From: an uncultured Bacteroidota bacterium
GTDB lineage: Bacteria > Bacteroidota > Ignavibacteria > UBA10030 > UBA6906
Direction: 5' to 3'
Length of the DNA stretch: 64,000 nucleotides
Assembly: GCA_963700635.1 (NCBI GenBank)
Contig: CAVOYH010000003.1
Span: 1,760,001 to 1,824,000, forward strand
Below the pieces are notes generated by a model that saw only the letters and a list, made by a program, of their open reading frames with translations, did no database searches and was not told the DNA's origin. The translations under genes were made by a program, and so were the position numbers. Every line of letters begins with the position of its first letter. Within the stretch, counting starts at the first letter, position 1. Shown here in pieces: positions 20,222 through 30,081 of the stretch.

Positions 20222-21586
20222 TTACCAGGTTCGCCGGATCGGGTGCGCTTCCGTATTGAAAATCACCGCATCGAAGTCAATCGTTTCGGGAGGCGCGAAG
20301 AGCAGATAGAGATATTTCATCGTTTCGGCCAGGAAATAGCTCTCCATCCTGTCGGACTTCTCTTTGGTAATAACGCTCTTCAGCTCGGCATAACCGGCGT
20401 CCACACGGCAATACGTCTTGAGACTGTCGAAGAAAATCTTCCCCATCTCGAGATACCGTGGTTTGCCGGTCTTCCGGTAGAGATAATACGCGGACTCAAT
20501 GATTTCCGGATTCAGGAAGAACCGCGGTGATACGGCCTCCATCTTTACATAGTCGAAGGTTTCCGGTTCGATGCCATGGCGTTGCCACATCTTCAGACAC
20601 GATTCCATGAGCTCTTCCGCGCGTTTCACATCGCCCGCAAGGGCGAGGACTGCGGGGTAGAAGGCGTCGAGTGCGCCGAAGATGGTCTTCGTCCGTTTGC
20701 CGGTGTTCATGTCCGCGTGGCCGTACCAGAGTCCCGATGCGACCGTGTCGGCGACATACGTGTTGAGCGCCTCGTACGAGTCACGCCACATGATGCTGCA
20801 GTCCTGGTCGCCGAAGAGGTAGCCACACTTGACCATGTATTCATAGTAGGAATCGATACAGGCGCTGATGTGGCTGTCGGTTCTGGTCCATTCGCCTGTT
20901 TCGCAATCGAGCTGGTCTCCGACGAGCCCGATGGAGGACCGTGCTTCGTACACATTGAGGAAGGCGTTCTTAGCGTAGTTGTAATAGCGGCTGTCGCCCG
21001 TGAGCATGCTCAGCGTTCCGAACTCAACGAGAAGCGTCCCTATCTCTCCAGGATTCGTCTTCGTGCCGCGCACGGCCCCGGTCCTCAGGTTGACATCGAC
21101 GTAGGGATAGCCGGTCGGGGATTTGAACGCCGGTAGGAGGCGATCGCCAAGGTCTTTCGCCAATGTCAGCAGACGCTCGTCCCCGCTGAGCTGATAGTTG
21201 GAAAGTAGTCCGCCAAGCATCCGGATGGTGATTTCGAACACTTTGACATACATGTCTTTGTCGAACGAGAGATTGCGGACGATGAATTCCCGCGTACTGT
21301 CCGCTTCATCGTTCAGCCCCATCAGGACCATGGTATCCATTGCGTCCAGGGGGGTCAGATACAGGGGCTCACTGTACCAGTCGTACGGCGTCTTGCTGAG
21401 TGGCCGGAGGCCATCGTGCCCCCAGGCGTAGGTTTTGTAGGCATTCCAGGAGTGAAGGAACTCGGCTTTGACCTCTTCTGCGAGACGGGCTTTGGTAGTA
21501 TCGTCAATGACCCCTTGTGCAACAAGCGGTGCAGCGGTACACATGATGAGGCAAAGAAACACGAAAATCATGAAGAGCAAACGCAT
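20222..21586 (-). CDS. GH47 family alpha-1,2-mannosidase-like protein
   Basis: AWGHDGLRPLS, FEITIRMLGGLLS, IDSYYEY, PEIIES, DRMESYFLAETMKYLYLLF, FNTEAHP; signal peptide from ATG 21586. Confidence 0.92.
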   Translation of the reverse strand: MRLLFMIFVFLCLIMCTAAPLVAQGVIDDTTKARLAEEVKAEFLHSWNAYKTYAWGHDGLRPLSKTPYDWYSEPLYLTPLDAMDTMVLMGLNDEADSTREFIVRNLSFDKDMYVKVFEITIRMLGGLLSNYQLSGDERLLTLAKDLGDRLLPAFKSPTGYPYVDVNLRTGAVRGTKTNPGEIGTLLVEFGTLSMLTGDSRYYNYAKNAFLNVYEARSSIGLVGDQLDCETGEWTRTDSHISACIDSYYEYMVKCGYLFGDQDCSIMWRDSYEALNTYVADTVASGLWYGHADMNTGKRTKTIFGALDAFYPAVLALAGDVKRAEELMESCLKMWQRHGIEPETFDYVKMEAVSPRFFLNPEIIESAYYLYRKTGKPRYLEMGKIFFDSLKTYCRVDAGYAELKSVITKEKSDRMESYFLAETMKYLYLLFAPPETIDFDAVIFNTEAHPIRRTW

Positions 21587-21673
21587 GGGGTACCTTTCCA
21601 GACCATTGGTGGGATGAAACAATATACATAAAGAAAGAGCCAGGATAAACAGGGGCCCTCCCTCCCACGGCAG

Positions 21674-24292
21674 CTACAAATCCCTCATCAGCGAGAGCAT
21701 TACCGTAACATTCCAGGGGATGGTAATAGTGGGGGCGAGTTCCCGGCCTGCGGCGTCCCGGAATCCCGCCGCACGGAGGGACTCCAGGTGCACCACCGTG
21801 GCTCCCGATCGAACCCTGCCCGGGGGGCTCGTGACGGTGAGGGTGGCTGATCGGCCGTCGGGCGAGACAGTCAGGTCGACGGAGACCGGACCGAAGGCGG
21901 TCCCTCCGCCGCTCATGCTCGTGCGCATGCCGGGCGAGAGCCATTGCAGGGGAAAACCGTCCATCAGCATCAGGGAATCGGCTCGTTCTGTCGCAAGAAA
22001 CATACGGACAGCCTGATAATAGAATGCCGATGCCTCCGCATTTGAGGCATCGCCGGTTGTGCGGGTCCCGCGGGCGCGGGGCTGTTGCTCTTCGACCCAG
22101 GTCCCGAGGGGCGTCGCATGGTCGGCGTACGCCTGGACCAGCTCATATGCCATGCTGTCGTTGCCGACCGTATGATGGGCAAGTGCATGAATGCCTCCCA
22201 GCCACGGCCACACCCCGTCATGCAGCCAACCGCTCCCGAGAATGATTCCTTCTTCCCGTGAGGCGTCCAGCATTGCGAGATTGTCCCGGATGATCTCCTG
22301 AAGCAATGGAGTTCCGTCCCGGAAGAACGCACCGTACGGAAGTGGCAGGAGGAATGCGTATTGACCGCGTTGCGGCGGTAGGCCCGACGTGGTGTCGCCA
22401 ATCGTGATGGGAAGATATGGCCTGCCGGCGGCGTCCATCCGCCGGTCGCGTTGTGCGGCGACCAGGAATGCCGCCTTCATCCGCTCCAGCCGGTCCGCCC
22501 ACATGTGAATGTCCTTTCGGATGCCCAGGCGTTTTGCCGCCGCGAGAGCATGTTCGAGCGCTATCATCGCCCACCAAGCGGTTCCGTAGTCGGCCGCCAG
22601 GTGGGAAATGCCGCCATCAACGAACCCCGGCGGCATGAGACCGGCATAGGGGAGAGTGGGATCATCCATCGTGTGATCGCTCATATGCACCATCCATGTG
22701 ATCCCCTGGACCAGTGCTTTCCAGTGTCCACGAAGCCATGCATCGTCGCCGGAGAACTGCGCGTACCGGCACATCATGACCACGAACAGAGGAGTTTCGG
22801 CGAGTGACGTTCCCGGGCGGAGGCTCACGAAGCGGCCGGACGGAGACTGGAACCGGAGGCCATGCTCCAGCGCCAGCCTGACTCCTCCTGTGTCCCCGGC
22901 CATGAGCGATGTGCTGCCGCTGATGAAGACATCTCCGAGCCAGAGACCGCGGTAGACCGTGGGGCCGGGCTGGAATTGGATACCGCCGTCCACGATGTCA
23001 CGAACCTGGTAGATATTGCGGATGCTCGTCTCGAGCAGATACTGGAGACGCGGATCGGGAACAGTGATGCAGCTCTTCGGGACGGGTGCGCGATGCAACC
23101 AGTATCGCTGCGCACGTTCTCGCTCCAGAGAAAGATCGGGTACCGTGACCGGCGCGCCACCGGCTGCCGCTCCTTGAATGACGACACCGTCAAGTTTCCT
23201 TGTTCCGGCGGGGTAGTGCAGCGTGAGCGTGTCTCCCGACGATGATGCCAGGGCAGGTGGGGGCCGGGTGACGAGAAACGGGACGCCGTTGCACGTGACG
23301 GCTCCGATCGTCGCGTCGAACATCAGCGGGCGGGACGAACTGATGCGGACAGCCGGATCGCGGTCGCAGTCGGGGAGAGAGGCCCGGAACGCATCAATTC
23401 TCGGGATGGGGGCGAACTCTTCGAGTTCGCTTCCACACTGCCAGAAAAGCCCGGCGTGCTGCTGCGGATCACCGTGGATCAGTCGATCCGGATCGATTGG
23501 TGCTCCTTCCGGGAAAACCCAGAAGGCATTCAGGATGATATTCGGATCGGGGCTGTCGGGTGCGGCATGAACGCTGATCCGAAGTTTGCCATCACGGTCT
23601 CCGTCCCATCCGTCCAGAACGTACACAGACGGTCTGTTCTTGACGCCGTCCGCAAGGGGGTCAACGGTTCGTGATTCTCCTCCCTCAACTTCCAGCGTGA
23701 GCAACCGTGCGCCGGGAGTCGACTTGTACGCCTCACACAGCCCGAATGCCACGCGTTTGTGCGAACCGGGTTGTACCTGAACCTGGTACAGGATGGATCG
23801 GTTGTTCCCCCACGCGACCCCGCGAAACGCAGGGTCCGTTCCCGGTGGAGGAGTCGCCCACCAGCGCATGCCATTCAGCCCGTTCGTCCGCGAAACCGAT
23901 CCCCGGCCGGATCGCATTGGAAGGAGAGAGTCGCCGGGCGGAATCAGGGCAAATGTCTCCAGATGCAGCGTGTCAGCTCCACACGCCAGCTGTGTGAGCG
24001 CGATCGGGATGCGGGGGTCCTCGTAGTACTGTTGCAGAAGAACCGGCGTGGACCCTTCCAGTCCGACGGTGATTTCCGTAAACGGGCGCGCATACGGGCC
24101 CGGGCCGAAATCGTATGCCAGCCCGCCTGTCTCCGTCACAAGTGTTTTGTGCCAGTCGTCGGGGAGAGAGATCGCATTGAGGTGATGAACCGGTGCGAAT
24201 GGAAACCGGAGATCTGTGGTCTGCCCCGAAAGTATCGGAGTGGCAAGAACGGTTGTTCCGCCGATCAGGATTGCTGCTATGGGTGTGCGCAT
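21674..24292 (-). CDS. Secreted uncharacterised glycoside hydrolase-like protein: malectin-like domain + (alpha/alpha)6 barrel
   Basis: Signal peptide; FGLCEAY...GARLLTLEVEG...PNIILNAFWVF (malectin-like); GPTVYRGLWLGD and WVEEQ (six-hairpin glycosidase-like). Confidence 0.6.
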   Translation of the reverse strand: MRTPIAAILIGGTTVLATPILSGQTTDLRFPFAPVHHLNAISLPDDWHKTLVTETGGLAYDFGPGPYARPFTEITVGLEGSTPVLLQQYYEDPRIPIALTQLACGADTLHLETFALIPPGDSLLPMRSGRGSVSRTNGLNGMRWWATPPPGTDPAFRGVAWGNNRSILYQVQVQPGSHKRVAFGLCEAYKSTPGARLLTLEVEGGESRTVDPLADGVKNRPSVYVLDGWDGDRDGKLRISVHAAPDSPDPNIILNAFWVFPEGAPIDPDRLIHGDPQQHAGLFWQCGSELEEFAPIPRIDAFRASLPDCDRDPAVRISSSRPLMFDATIGAVTCNGVPFLVTRPPPALASSSGDTLTLHYPAGTRKLDGVVIQGAAAGGAPVTVPDLSLERERAQRYWLHRAPVPKSCITVPDPRLQYLLETSIRNIYQVRDIVDGGIQFQPGPTVYRGLWLGDVFISGSTSLMAGDTGGVRLALEHGLRFQSPSGRFVSLRPGTSLAETPLFVVMMCRYAQFSGDDAWLRGHWKALVQGITWMVHMSDHTMDDPTLPYAGLMPPGFVDGGISHLAADYGTAWWAMIALEHALAAAKRLGIRKDIHMWADRLERMKAAFLVAAQRDRRMDAAGRPYLPITIGDTTSGLPPQRGQYAFLLPLPYGAFFRDGTPLLQEIIRDNLAMLDASREEGIILGSGWLHDGVWPWLGGIHALAHHTVGNDSMAYELVQAYADHATPLGTWVEEQQPRARGTRTTGDASNAEASAFYYQAVRMFLATERADSLMLMDGFPLQWLSPGMRTSMSGGGTAFGPVSVDLTVSPDGRSATLTVTSPPGRVRSGATVVHLESLRAAGFRDAAGRELAPTITIPWNVTVMLSLMRDL

Positions 24293-24347
24293 AGTATCAA
24301 TGATAGTGGGGCCAGACTCCGTTCCATGACATGCTGCCGCGGTGACG

Positions 24348-25826
24348 CTATCGGGCGAGGGTCAGGTGTAGATGAGCGACCGCCATTGGTGGCAGAACAA
24401 ATCTCATTCGTTCCCCTTCCAGCGAAACGTCAAAGGGTTGGGGAACAATGATGCCGGGATTGCTGAACGTGTTACAGGCATTCAGATCCGGATGTGTAAG
24501 AATTCTTCCCTCCGCGCGGAGCGCCCTTGCTCTGTCGAGCACGATGACGACGCGTTTCTCTTCGATCGGGTCGGGGTTCACGATGGTGCACAGGACGGTC
24601 CCGTCATCGCGCGAGGATGAAACGGACAGTTCCCGCGCGGGAACAGCAGGGCACTCGCTCTGAAGGGCAGTGGTATCCCGATGACCGCGCATCAATGCGA
24701 ACGCATGATAGGTTGGTGTCCGTATGCACGAATCGCCCTGCGTGAGCAGGGGGGCCTGAAGGACGTTGGCTATCTGTGCGAGGTTGCACATTGACAGTTT
24801 ATCGGCCTGGCGGTGGAATACGTTCAGGCCGAGGGCGGCAGCGACGGCGTCTTTGATCGTGTTCTGTTGCCAGAAACGCCCGTTCTGCTTCTCAATCTCC
24901 GGTTCGCTGAGGTCCCACGTGCCCCACTCGTCAACCAGCAAGTCCACACGCTCCCGTCCCGGGAGGGGTGTGAGCGCATTGAGATAGGCCCGCTGCTCCC
25001 TGATTGCGCGTTCAAGATCATCGAAGGATGCGAGTTGTTCACGGGCCGTCTCCGGCGTGTACGCCGTCGCGGTGCTTTTCCCCCAGCTGTAGAAGTGCAT
25101 CGCAAAGCCATGAATCGGCGGTGCATACGACCGGCCTTTGCCGAGCGCGGTGAAGAATCGGCGGGTCCATTCCGTATCGTTGCTGTTCGGGCCGACGGCG
25201 ATGAGGTACGGAAGGGGTGTTCCGCAGGCCGGGACGAACGTAGCGAAGCGGGCATACAGGGCCGCATATTCTTCGGCCGTCATGTGTCCGCCGCACGCCC
25301 AGCTCTCGTTGCCAACCCCCCAATACTCCACGGGAAAAGGTGAAGGCGAACCGTTCGCCGTGCGTTCGTCCGAGAGCGTGCTGCCTGAAGGGAACGTGCA
25401 GTACTCCACCCAGTCGCGCAGTTCTGCAGGCGACCCGCTACCCATGTTTCCGGCGAGATACGCTCGGGCGCCAATACGGGAGCAGAGATGCATGAACTCA
25501 TGCGTGCCGAAGCTGTTGTCTTCGATGATGCCGCCCCATGAGTGGTTCACCGTGCGGGGCCTGGTGTGCGGAGGGCCAATGCCGTTCCGCCAGTGGTAGT
25601 TGTCTGCAAAGCACCCTCCCGGCCAGCGGAGGACGGGGACGGCGAGCTCCGCGAGGGCGTCGACGGCCGCGCGGCGAAGGCCATCGACATTGGGAATCGG
25701 CGAACCGCGGCCGACCCAGATACCGCCGTATGTTGCGCTCCCCAGATGCTCCAGAAAATGGCCGTGCAGTTCCGGCCGGATACGGCCGACGGGTTCTTCA
25801 GTGTGAATGACGACGGTTGCGTCCAT
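24348..25826 (-). CDS. GH51 alpha-L-arabinofuranosidase
   Basis: GHFLEHLG, LRWPGGCFAD, FGTHEF, WGVGNESW (acid/base), VDEWGTW (nucleophile), NLAQIANVLQ. Confidence 0.95.
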   Translation of the reverse strand: MDATVVIHTEEPVGRIRPELHGHFLEHLGSATYGGIWVGRGSPIPNVDGLRRAAVDALAELAVPVLRWPGGCFADNYHWRNGIGPPHTRPRTVNHSWGGIIEDNSFGTHEFMHLCSRIGARAYLAGNMGSGSPAELRDWVEYCTFPSGSTLSDERTANGSPSPFPVEYWGVGNESWACGGHMTAEEYAALYARFATFVPACGTPLPYLIAVGPNSNDTEWTRRFFTALGKGRSYAPPIHGFAMHFYSWGKSTATAYTPETAREQLASFDDLERAIREQRAYLNALTPLPGRERVDLLVDEWGTWDLSEPEIEKQNGRFWQQNTIKDAVAAALGLNVFHRQADKLSMCNLAQIANVLQAPLLTQGDSCIRTPTYHAFALMRGHRDTTALQSECPAVPARELSVSSSRDDGTVLCTIVNPDPIEEKRVVIVLDRARALRAEGRILTHPDLNACNTFSNPGIIVPQPFDVSLEGERMRFVLPPMAVAHLHLTLAR

Positions 25827-25832
25827 AAACGA

Positions 25833-27197
25833 TCAGCTGTGGGATTTCCAGAATTGTTCGATCTCTTCGAGCGTCCTCCCCTTAGTTTCCGGTACGAAGA
25901 GTGCAACAAACGTGACCGTGGCCATACAGAAGAGTGCATACAGCCAGAAGGGGAAGGCATGGTGGAACAGATCGATCAGCCATGGGTCTTCATTGAGCAC
26001 CGGAAAGGTCTGAGACACAACGTAATTGGCGGCCCAGAGCAGGAGTGTGGCGATGCCCATGGCCCTGCCACGGATGCGTGTCGGGAAGATTTCGGACATG
26101 ACGACCCAGACGACAGGCCCGAGCGACAGCGCGAAGCACGCTATGTATCCGAGTATGAAGACGAGCACCCATGCGGCAGTGGTCCCTGAGAACGCCGCCC
26201 AACCGATTCCTGCCAGACAGAGCCCCATACCCGATGCTCCGATCATCAGAAGCGGCTTGCGCCCCAACCGGTCTACTGTTCGGATGGCAACGAGTGTGAA
26301 GAGGACGTTGAAGGCACCGACGACCACGGTCTGGAGAAGCGCTACATTTGATCCGGCCCCGAGCTGTTTGAAGATTTCGGGGGCGTAGTACATGAAGACG
26401 TTGATTCCGGTGATCTGCTGGAGAATAGCGAGGGCGATCCCGATCACCAGAGCCCTGCGCATTCCCGGGCGGAGGAGATCACGTGTCGAACTCCCCTCGT
26501 GTGCGAGGGCATCCCTGATGGCTTCGACGTCCCGGTCGGCGCGTTCAGGACTTCCCAGCCGCGAAAGAATCCGGTGTGCGTTCTCCGTTTGTTCCTGTTT
26601 GATCAGCCACCGGGGGCTTTCCGGGATCGTGAGGAGCGAAAGAAAGAAGAGCGAGGCGGGAAGGGTTTCCGATCCGAACATCCATCGCCATCCCCACGTC
26701 GTGTTCCACGTTTCGTCACCCAGGCCTGCGATGGCGTAATTCACGAAATAGACGATGAGAATCCCCAGGACAATGGCGAACTGGTTCAAGGAGACGAGAC
26801 GTCCTCGTATCTCCGCAGGTGCGATTTCGGCGATGTAGAGAGGCGAGAGCATGGATGCCATGCCGACGCCGATGCCGCCGAGGGCGCGAGCGATGTTGAA
26901 TTCGATGAGCGTCCCCGCAAGCGCGGACCATATGGCGGAGATGGTGAAGAGGATTGCGGAGAGAAGGAGTGCCCGCTTCCTGCCGAACCGGTCGCTCAGG
27001 CCTCCGGCAATGGCAGCGCCGAGGATGCAACCGAGAAGGGCGCTGGAGGCGGCGAAACCGGTTTCTGCCGCCCCGAGCGCAAAGTGGGCGCGGAGAAAAC
27101 CGATGCCCCCCGCGATCACGGCAGTGTCGTATCCAAAGAGCATCCCGCCCAGCGCGGCCACCATGCTCAGAAGTGTCGCGTAGGATGTGGGTTTCAT
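25833..27197 (-). CDS. MFS sugar porter (XylE/AraE-like)
   Basis: LFGYDTAVI, DRFGRK, YIAEIAP..RG, PESPRW, QQITGIN, PETKGRTLEEIE; start taken at ATG 27197. Confidence 0.95.
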   Translation of the reverse strand: MKPTSYATLLSMVAALGGMLFGYDTAVIAGGIGFLRAHFALGAAETGFAASSALLGCILGAAIAGGLSDRFGRKRALLLSAILFTISAIWSALAGTLIEFNIARALGGIGVGMASMLSPLYIAEIAPAEIRGRLVSLNQFAIVLGILIVYFVNYAIAGLGDETWNTTWGWRWMFGSETLPASLFFLSLLTIPESPRWLIKQEQTENAHRILSRLGSPERADRDVEAIRDALAHEGSSTRDLLRPGMRRALVIGIALAILQQITGINVFMYYAPEIFKQLGAGSNVALLQTVVVGAFNVLFTLVAIRTVDRLGRKPLLMIGASGMGLCLAGIGWAAFSGTTAAWVLVFILGYIACFALSLGPVVWVVMSEIFPTRIRGRAMGIATLLLWAANYVVSQTFPVLNEDPWLIDLFHHAFPFWLYALFCMATVTFVALFVPETKGRTLEEIEQFWKSHS

Positions 27198-27204
27198 TGT
27201 GTGG

Positions 27205-27978
27205 TCATCCAATCCACGATTCGCACCCGGCAAATGGCATGTGATCGTCTTTCCGGTAGCGCGGGCGCTGACGATACTCGTTGATTCCCGGAACCCCTTT
27301 TCCCCGGAGGAGGAAGGGGGCAGCCATTTCCGGTTTGAGGAGGCGCGTGGACGTGGGAATATACCGGATGGTCAACCCCATGCGCCATGCGTCGGATGTG
27401 TTCGCTTCCGATCCATGGACAAGATTCGGATGGTGAATCGAGACGTCTCCCGCCCGAAGAATCAGGTCGACTGCTTTCTTTTCATCCACGTGGTCGGGAT
27501 TCATCGATGAACCGAGGACGTTGTCAACGTCGGTCCTGGTCTGGACCGATTCAAGTGTGAGGTGCTGCGTGTGGGGAATGACGCGCATGCAACCATTCTC
27601 GGGTGTGGAGTCGGTTACCGCAAGCCACAGTGTCACGACTTCCATGGGGTCGAGTGGCCAGTAACTGCCGTCCTGATGCCACAGCACGGCCTGGCCGGTC
27701 CGGGGCGGTTTGCAGATGTAGTGGGTGGCAAACAGCGCGATGTCGGGCCCGACGAATTGCTGGGCGATGTCCAGCAGGCGATCGTCGCTGATCAGCCGGA
27801 TCCAGAACGGATCATCCCAAGCCAGATGGGCATGGAGTTGCTCCGGCCGCACGCCGGGGTTCTTTGCGATCAGCCAGTGCACGTGGCGCTGTGCCTCTGC
27901 CACCAGCCCGCTGTCGATCGCCTCGCGCACGATCACGTATCCGTCTCTGTCAAATGCTGCTTTGAGGTCTCCCGGCAT
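27205..27978 (-). CDS. Phytanoyl-CoA dioxygenase (PhyH) family Fe(II)/2-OG dioxygenase
   Basis: FDRDGY, WHQDGSYW (HxD), ENGCMRVIP, LVHGS (distal His); RBS AGGAAGGAG before ATG 27978. Confidence 0.92.
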   Translation of the reverse strand: MPGDLKAAFDRDGYVIVREAIDSGLVAEAQRHVHWLIAKNPGVRPEQLHAHLAWDDPFWIRLISDDRLLDIAQQFVGPDIALFATHYICKPPRTGQAVLWHQDGSYWPLDPMEVVTLWLAVTDSTPENGCMRVIPHTQHLTLESVQTRTDVDNVLGSSMNPDHVDEKKAVDLILRAGDVSIHHPNLVHGSEANTSDAWRMGLTIRYIPTSTRLLKPEMAAPFLLRGKGVPGINEYRQRPRYRKDDHMPFAGCESWIG

Positions 27979-28213
27979 AGCTCTCCTTCCTCGATGTACT
28001 AAGGGAGTACAAAGAATATCCCAATAATGCAACGGCGTTTACAATGTGGAACGGGGTGATGGGCGGCCATGACAACGTGAATCACTCTCTACGCCGAGAA
28101 CGGAGTACACATACGGGATCATGGGAGGACACGTCAGTGATGAGCGCGGCTCTCGCCGGCAACGGAATGCCGGTGAGAGCCGCGCCCGGATCACTTCATG
28201 CAAAGCGGAAAAT

Positions 28214-28588
28214 CTACCGGGGACCTTCCCGTTCCGGCCCACCCATGCCGGGACCCCGCCGGTTCTTCTTGGACTCTTGGTACTTGGTCTTCTGCTCGGG
28301 CGTCAGCAGCGCTTCGATCTTCTTGTCGGTTTCCTGCGTGCGTTTGCGCCCTGCCTCACGCATCGCTTCGCGATCCTCACCGGCCTTGTCGCGCATCTTC
28401 TGGCCTTCGGCCCACGAATTCATCAGGAGTGTCTTGACCTTTGCTGCCTGGGCATCGGACAGGCCCAGAGCCGTTCTCAGGCGGTCAACGCGGCCGGCGA
28501 TCCTGGATGTGTCCATCTGGGCCAGGGCCGACATTGCCGGGAGGAGGAGAATTGCACACATAATGAACAACAGCTTCCTTGCACGCAT
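28214..28588 (-). CDS. Small secreted helical protein (Spy/CpxP LTXXQ-like)
   Basis: Signal peptide ending ALA-Q; LGLSDAQ and LLTPEQK motifs. Confidence 0.65.
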   Translation of the reverse strand: MRARKLLFIMCAILLLPAMSALAQMDTSRIAGRVDRLRTALGLSDAQAAKVKTLLMNSWAEGQKMRDKAGEDREAMREAGRKRTQETDKKIEALLTPEQKTKYQESKKNRRGPGMGGPEREGPR

Positions 28589-28751
28589 AGCGAATGCCTT
28601 TGTTGTAAGAGACCTTGGATGAAGGGGACGGATCACATCCTCCCCGATGCGCTATGGACAATCGTCGCCTTCCCGGGGTTTAACGGCTCTGCCGGATCGG
28701 CCAGGCCAGATCTCAGGGGTCCCGATCTATGTGGCGGGGCTCCAGGCATAG

Positions 28752-29945
28752 TCACGTCCTGCCAGTAGGGGGCCCGGCCGCAGCCAGTTCGCCGAGAAGT
28801 TGCGAGGCCAGGAAGAGACACCGCGGCGTGTGGAAACACCCCTTCCATTTCCCTCCTTTCAGGGGAAGGAGAATCTCGCCACGACGGTTCAAATACCCCC
28901 ACCATTCACCGTGGCCGGGATCTGCGAACCGTTCCCAGGTGTATGTATGAACGCGCTCAAACCACGTCCAGCATTCCTTTCGCCCTGTGAGGGCGAATCC
29001 CATCGCGAGCGCCACCAGGGTCTCGAGATGGACCCACCAGAGTTTCTGGTCCCATTCCATATGCGAGGGGGGCTTTCCGCGCGCATCCAGAAATGCGTAG
29101 ATGCCGTCGAATTCAGGGTCCCAGGCCCGATCGAGGATACGGAAGACCGTATCGGTGGCCTTTTCGATGAGCGCGCTGTCTCCCCGCGACCGTGCAAGAT
29201 CCATGAGAAACCACATGCCTTCAATCCCATGTCCCGGATTCAGGAGGCGTCCTTCAAACGTGTCGGGGTGAGAGCCGTCAGGGGCCACATGTTCGAACAC
29301 CAGTCCAGTTTCCTTGTCGATGAACAGCCCGACCACCTCGGCGATCAGTTCTTCCTCACGCGCGCGGATCTCATCCGGCGGGAACATCCAGCCCACTTCT
29401 TTCAGCACGTTCAGGAGGATCATGGGGAGCGCATAGGATTTCAAGGGCCGTGTCCACGACACGGTTTTTGTGTACGCTCCCTTGGGATGCTCCTTGCGTT
29501 TGAGGATGTTCTGAAAGGTCCGTATCGCGATATCCCGAGCTTCGTCGTTTCCCGATGCCAGGGCGAACTGGCTGAACGCAATCGCTGCAAAGCAATCGGA
29601 GAAGATGTTATAGGGTTGGACCAGCGGATCGCCGTCACGGTTGAGAGAAAAATACCACGCGCCTTCGCTGTCGCGCCCGTGGATGCGAAGAAAATCGTAT
29701 CCGTGACGTGCGGCATCGAGCCAGGCGCCGTTCTTCTGGAATCTGTTGTAGAGCATAGACAACGTCCAGACCTGTCGTGCCTGCAGCCAGACGAATTTGT
29801 CGGTGTCATACACGTTCCCGTCGCGGTCCAGGCAGGTGAAGTAGCCGCCATGGTCGTCGAGAGAGTGGCGCAGCCAGAATGGGAGCACGTCATTGACCAG
29901 TGCATCACGGTACTGACGTTCCAACACGGAAAAGGAGAAGTTCAT
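28752..29945 (-). CDS. N-acylglucosamine 2-epimerase (AGE family)
   Basis: GGYFTCLDRDG, DKFVWLQARQ, NPGHGIE, KLWWVHLE, KWKGCFHTPR. Start uncertain (29945 or 29957). Confidence 0.92.
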   Translation of the reverse strand: MNFSFSVLERQYRDALVNDVLPFWLRHSLDDHGGYFTCLDRDGNVYDTDKFVWLQARQVWTLSMLYNRFQKNGAWLDAARHGYDFLRIHGRDSEGAWYFSLNRDGDPLVQPYNIFSDCFAAIAFSQFALASGNDEARDIAIRTFQNILKRKEHPKGAYTKTVSWTRPLKSYALPMILLNVLKEVGWMFPPDEIRAREEELIAEVVGLFIDKETGLVFEHVAPDGSHPDTFEGRLLNPGHGIEGMWFLMDLARSRGDSALIEKATDTVFRILDRAWDPEFDGIYAFLDARGKPPSHMEWDQKLWWVHLETLVALAMGFALTGRKECWTWFERVHTYTWERFADPGHGEWWGYLNRRGEILLPLKGGKWKGCFHTPRCLFLASQLLGELAAAGPPTGRT

Positions 29946-30081
29946 AGGAAGAGCCATGATTATGGAAAGGAAGGGGTCGTTCACCAGGTGCCGTGACTCC
30001 CGCACCCGGATACATCTGCTTATAGGAGGTCCCCCGGGGAACCTCTTGTCGTCGGACGCGCCGGTGAGATCGGGCGCGCGG

